Virus record (IMG/VR): IMGVR_UViG_3300027861_000011
Location: 32,001-96,000 of that record
Length of the DNA: 64,000 nucleotides
Origin: a virus
Strand: one strand, 5' to 3'
The position numbers and the translations under genes are program-made. Positions 59,975 through 64,000 of this stretch are shown here, piece by piece; position 1 is the stretch's first letter, and each line of letters opens with the position of its first letter. Under the pieces are notes generated by a model. The model did no database searches and was not told the DNA's origin. It worked only from the letters and a program-made list of their open reading frames with translations.

Positions 59975-60136
59975 TAGAAATAATAGTTATAAAAAATAAC
60001 TCAAAATAGTTTACTTTTTAATATTTTTCTTTATATATATTATAAACGAAATTACCTTTAAAAGTATTTTCTATACTATAGCAAATAACAAATAATAATA
60101 ACAAATAATAATAACAATAGCAAATTAAAAACAATT

Positions 60137-61078
60137 ATGAGCGAACAAAAGAAGAATGACGAGTACGAAAAAATGATGAAAGCGTATGAAGAGTCACACC
60201 AGCCTAAGATGGCAACAGTAAAAAAGTACGAATTAAAGAATTATTTCAGTACTCACCTAGATAAAAATACCACCAAAGCTTCAAAAACAATTAGAATATT
60301 ACCACCACTAGAAGGTAGTAGTACTTTCTACGAAGTATTATGGGGTCATAAGATTGAATTAGATGGTTCTTGGAAAACATTTCCATGTCTTCAACATGAA
60401 GAAGATAAACCATGTCCATTTTGTGAAGCTAAACAAGCCCTTTACGCAAGTGGTACTGATAGCGATAAAGAATTAGCGAAAAAATACAACGCTAAGAAAA
60501 TGTATGTAGTTAGAGTTATTGAAAGAGGTAACGAAGAAGAAGGGGTTAAGTTTTGGAGATTTAACTACTCTTGGACTAAAGATGGTACTCTTGATAAGAT
60601 AATGACAGCAATGAAAGCAGTTGCTCACGACATCACTAACCCGAATACTGGTAGAGATTTAACACTTGAAATTAACAGGAACCAATTTGGTATTCCAGTT
60701 GTTAATTCTATAACATATCCATTAGAATCTACTACATTAACTAGTAATGTGGAACAAGGTAAAGAATGGTTAGGTGACACTAGAACTTGGAGAGATGTTT
60801 ACAGTACCAGAGATTATGATTACTTGAAAATTGTTGTTAGAGGTGATGTTCCAGTATACGATAAAACACAAGAAAAATTCGTAGGTAGAAAAGAACAGGA
60901 AGCTGCTAAGGCAGCTGATACTGTTGAGGATAAATTTGATTCTGAATTAACTATGGAAAATCCAGTAGCTACAGAAACTACTACCCCAGTAGCAGAAAGT
61001 ACTCAATTAGCTACAGAAACTGCTACCCCAGTATCAGAAACTGCAACAGCTGAAGAGGACGATGATTTACCATTTTAA
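60137..61078 (+). CDS. single-stranded DNA-binding protein, T4 gp32-like
   Basis: IRILPP, CLQHEEDKPCPFC Zn site, GVKFWRF, TGRDLTL, acidic tail EEDDDLPF. Confidence 0.85.
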   Translation: MSEQKKNDEYEKMMKAYEESHQPKMATVKKYELKNYFSTHLDKNTTKASKTIRILPPLEGSSTFYEVLWGHKIELDGSWKTFPCLQHEEDKPCPFCEAKQALYASGTDSDKELAKKYNAKKMYVVRVIERGNEEEGVKFWRFNYSWTKDGTLDKIMTAMKAVAHDITNPNTGRDLTLEINRNQFGIPVVNSITYPLESTTLTSNVEQGKEWLGDTRTWRDVYSTRDYDYLKIVVRGDVPVYDKTQEKFVGRKEQEAAKAADTVEDKFDSELTMENPVATETTTPVAESTQLATETATPVSETATAEEDDDLPF

Positions 61079-61096
61079 AATAATTACAATATAATA

Positions 61097-61129
61097 AAAC
61101 AATGGGCGGTGGAAACTGCCCATTTGTTT
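61097..61129 (+). terminator. intrinsic terminator with a GNRA loop
   Basis: ATGGGCGGT-GGAA-ACTGCCCAT followed by TTGTTT. Confidence 0.8.
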
Positions 61130-61157
61130 CTAACAGTTTTAATAAATAAAAAGTAAT

Positions 61158-62258
61158 ATGGCAAAAACACCTAAAAAACCAATTAGTAAAAAGACATTCG
61201 ATTTAAGTTCTTTTAAAAAGAAGAACGGGATGGATATAACAGTAAAAGACAAAGATTTAACTTGGATACCTTTATCAGATTCATTTCATGAAGCACTTAA
61301 GATTCCTGGATTAGCTAGAGGTTATTTCACTAGTTTTAGAGGTTACTCAAACACAGGAAAGTCAACCGCAATATATGAAGCGGCTGCTGGAGCTCAAAAG
61401 ATTGGCGATTTGCCAGTTATAATTGAAACAGAAACAAACTGGTCATGGGAACACGCTAGAAATATTGGGTTACAATTCGAAGAAGTAGTTGACCCAGAAA
61501 CTGGAGAGGTTATAGATTACGAAGGAGATTTTATTTTTCTTAGTGGTGATGACCTTTTAAGTAGATATGAGTGTGTAGATTATTCAAATGGTAAAGAAGG
61601 AACAAAGGTTTTAAGAAGTGAACCGATAATTGAAGACGTTGCAAGACTTATAACGGAATTACTTGACCAGCAAGCAGAAGGAGAATTAGATAGAAATTTA
61701 TGTTTTCTTTGGGATTCAGTAGGTTCCTTAAATGGATTCCAATCAGTAATGTCTAAATCCAATAATAACCAATGGAATGCTGGTTCAATGGAAACGGCAT
61801 TTAAATCACTAGTTAATCATAGAATACCAGCATCTAGGAGAATGGGTAAACCATTTATTAATACTTTTGCTGTTGTTCAAAAGATTTGGTTAGATAATAT
61901 GAATACAGTTATCAAGCACAAAGGTGGAGAAGCATTCTTCTATTCACCAAGAGTTATTGTTCACTTCGGTGGTATATTAACTCACTCAACTGTTAAGTTG
62001 AAAGCAACGTCTGGTGGTGAGACATACCAATTTGGTATTGAAACTAAAGTTAGATGTGAAAAGAATCAAGTTAACGGTGTTGAAGAACATGGTAAGTTAG
62101 CATCAACTCCACATGGCTATTGGAATCCAGCAAAGATTGATGATTATAAAAAGAAACATAAGGATTATATCCTTGAAAGACTTAATACTAATATTGATGA
62201 TTTCATAATTGAAAGAGAAGTCGTAGAAGATTTAAGTCTTGACGATTCGAAAGCGTAG
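61158..62258 (+). CDS. recA: RecA/UvsX-like recombinase
   Basis: Walker A GYSNTGKST, IETE, Walker B CFLWDSVG, KGGEAFFYS. Confidence 0.85.
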   Translation: MAKTPKKPISKKTFDLSSFKKKNGMDITVKDKDLTWIPLSDSFHEALKIPGLARGYFTSFRGYSNTGKSTAIYEAAAGAQKIGDLPVIIETETNWSWEHARNIGLQFEEVVDPETGEVIDYEGDFIFLSGDDLLSRYECVDYSNGKEGTKVLRSEPIIEDVARLITELLDQQAEGELDRNLCFLWDSVGSLNGFQSVMSKSNNNQWNAGSMETAFKSLVNHRIPASRRMGKPFINTFAVVQKIWLDNMNTVIKHKGGEAFFYSPRVIVHFGGILTHSTVKLKATSGGETYQFGIETKVRCEKNQVNGVEEHGKLASTPHGYWNPAKIDDYKKKHKDYILERLNTNIDDFIIEREVVEDLSLDDSKA

Positions 62259-62291
62259 TAATAGATTGTTTAACCCTTTAAATGGGCTTAT

Positions 62292-63344
62292 ATGAAAAGG
62301 ACACCACCTAGAAATGGGAATGCAACACATAAACAAAATACTTTACTAGTAGATGGTAATGCCCTTTATAAAAGGGGTTTTATCGGAGCTAGAAATGAGT
62401 ATAATAGAGCTGGCCACCATATTGGCGGTGTTTATCAATTCTTAACCGTACTTAGAAAACTAATTAATGAAGACCTATATCATAAGGTCTTTGTTTTCTG
62501 GGATGGTGAATTTTCTGGTAAATTAAGATGGGATATATATAAAGATTATAAGAGTGGTAGAGGTAAAGATTATATAAATGGGACTAAACCAGATGACTTA
62601 GAGGAAGTTGCACAAAGAGGGGTAGTATTCAACTACCTTGAAGAATTATTTATTAGACAATTAGTTGACGATAAGGTTGAAAGTGACGATTTTATAGCGT
62701 ACTATTGTAATGTGAAGAAGGATGTAGAAAATATTACAGTAGTTACTAGTGATAGAGACCTTACTCAATTAGTTGATGATAATGTCAGAATGTACATGCT
62801 TGATTTAAAAAAGTATATTAACAAGTCTAATTTTAAAGAACAATTTAAATACCATTATGAAAACGTAGCTATAATAAAAATACTTTGTGGAGATGCTAGT
62901 GATAGTATAAAAGGTGTTAAAAGACTTGGTGATACAACACTAATAAAACACTTCCCACAATTAAAGGAAAGAAAGGTTAATTTAGATGAAATTCTTGAAG
63001 GAGCCAAAGTCCAACAACAAGAAAGATTAGATAGTGGTAAAAAGCCATTACAAGTTCTAACCAATATAGTTGATGGTATAACCGATGGTGTACAAGGTAA
63101 TAACTTATACGAAATCAATAAGAGGCTTGTAGACCTCACAATTCCATTATTAACTACAGAAGCTATAGAAGATGTAAATAGTCTCATAGATTCACCCTTA
63201 AGTGATGACAGAACGATTAAGAACGCTTATAAGATGCTTAAAGATGATGGAATAGATATAATGCTAGGTGAAAGCCGATATAATGAATATCTTTTACCTT
63301 TCAAAAAATTAATGGAAAGAGAAAAGAAGAATAATATTTTATAA
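62292..63344 (+). CDS. 5'-3' exonuclease / flap endonuclease (T4 RNase H-like)
   Basis: LLVDGN, FWDG, YKSGR, ESDDFIA, TSDRDLTQL, GDASDSIKGVKRLG. Confidence 0.92.
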   Translation: MKRTPPRNGNATHKQNTLLVDGNALYKRGFIGARNEYNRAGHHIGGVYQFLTVLRKLINEDLYHKVFVFWDGEFSGKLRWDIYKDYKSGRGKDYINGTKPDDLEEVAQRGVVFNYLEELFIRQLVDDKVESDDFIAYYCNVKKDVENITVVTSDRDLTQLVDDNVRMYMLDLKKYINKSNFKEQFKYHYENVAIIKILCGDASDSIKGVKRLGDTTLIKHFPQLKERKVNLDEILEGAKVQQQERLDSGKKPLQVLTNIVDGITDGVQGNNLYEINKRLVDLTIPLLTTEAIEDVNSLIDSPLSDDRTIKNAYKMLKDDGIDIMLGESRYNEYLLPFKKLMEREKKNNIL

Positions 63345-63356
63345 AAAAAAATAACT

Positions 63357-63914
63357 ATGAGTAATTACAAAGTAAAAAAGAAGAATTTTTGGGATAATTT
63401 CAGATTTGAATTTGTCCTTTACATTAATGAGCAAGTTAAAAGAGAAGATGGTAGAAACCGACCAATAATATGTCAAAGGTTATTTGATGTAAAGGGGTTT
63501 AATGAAGATTCATTAAACTCTATTGAGTTGAAAGAGTTAATGGATGAATTAACATCTATTACAAGTCCAGGAATGGGTGTTATACCGAAGTTTCTTAAAG
63601 CTACATCTAAAAAACATTGTTGGGCAACTTATAAACCATGGAGTGTTGTTGATAATAATGATATAACTAATATTTTTGAAGATGAAGATATATTCACGTT
63701 CGAAATTAAGGTTGATAAAAGAGTAGTGGCTAAAAGTCAATTCTCTGGTAATTGGTTTCAAAGAGATGTTAGATATAACGTAAATATTAGGGATATTATT
63801 CCAGCAGTTATAAGTGAAATTGAAGAATATCTTAGTAGAGATGAATATACAAGTACGTATGAAGGATATGATTTAAAAAATGTCATGGCAGACCATGATT
63901 TTGGTAGAGTGTAG
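63357..63914 (+). CDS. hypothetical protein
   Basis: 185-aa ORF in the replication block. Confidence 0.7.
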   Translation: MSNYKVKKKNFWDNFRFEFVLYINEQVKREDGRNRPIICQRLFDVKGFNEDSLNSIELKELMDELTSITSPGMGVIPKFLKATSKKHCWATYKPWSVVDNNDITNIFEDEDIFTFEIKVDKRVVAKSQFSGNWFQRDVRYNVNIRDIIPAVISEIEEYLSRDEYTSTYEGYDLKNVMADHDFGRV

Positions 63915-63943
63915 TATATTTATTTAAAAGAGTTTCAATTATA

Positions 63944-64000
63944 ATGGGTAAAATTAGTAAAGATAGTTTAGGGTATTTAGGGTTAGATTTTCAGTATCGA
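63944..64000 (+). CDS. 5' end of the next gene, possibly a DnaB-like helicase (tentative)
   Basis: MGKISKDSLGYLGLDFQYR, open to the window end; product guessed from context only. Confidence 0.4.
   Translation, partial: MGKISKDSLGYLGLDFQYR

Noticed and set aside
62270-62291. Hairpin between recA and the exonuclease gene
   Set aside because: Only a 3-bp GC core and no U tract; too weak to call

Overview
This window is a 64 kb, very AT-rich segment of a large contractile-tailed dsDNA phage (T4-distant myovirus) using the standard genetic code. A Bacteroidota host is inferred from five TTG-N20-TAnnTTTG promoters and A-rich leaders without Shine-Dalgarno sites. Contents: (i) an ~30 kb fibre/appendage cluster with Gly/Asn beta-repeat fibres, a 46-aa LRR-like repeat protein, a 1721-aa Thr/Gly fibre, three LamG proteins, small partner proteins and a sulfotransferase, split by a polB, neck, glutaredoxin, SNF2 helicase and head-tail joining block; (ii) a tail module with sheath, tube, assembly chaperone, tape measure, hub with an OmpA-like domain, LysM/gp53-like wedge, a 1857-aa baseplate protein and an amidase; (iii) a recombination/replication block with gp32-like SSB, RecA/UvsX, 5'-3' exonuclease and a truncated next gene. 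The signals most worth following are a probable programmed +1 frameshift at TTT-TTT-TGG in the tail chaperone, a structured RNA after the tube gene, a host-type promoter firing into an ORF-free AT repeat array (candidate origin), a two-class promoter grammar, codon-level GATC avoidance, a duplicated small RHH-like gene flanking a patatin, a 24-bp palindrome on the polB promoter, and nucleotide-level module sharing among fibre genes. I saw no CRISPR array, tRNA, rRNA, integrase or reverse transcriptase. All product calls come from motif recognition by eye, with no database search.
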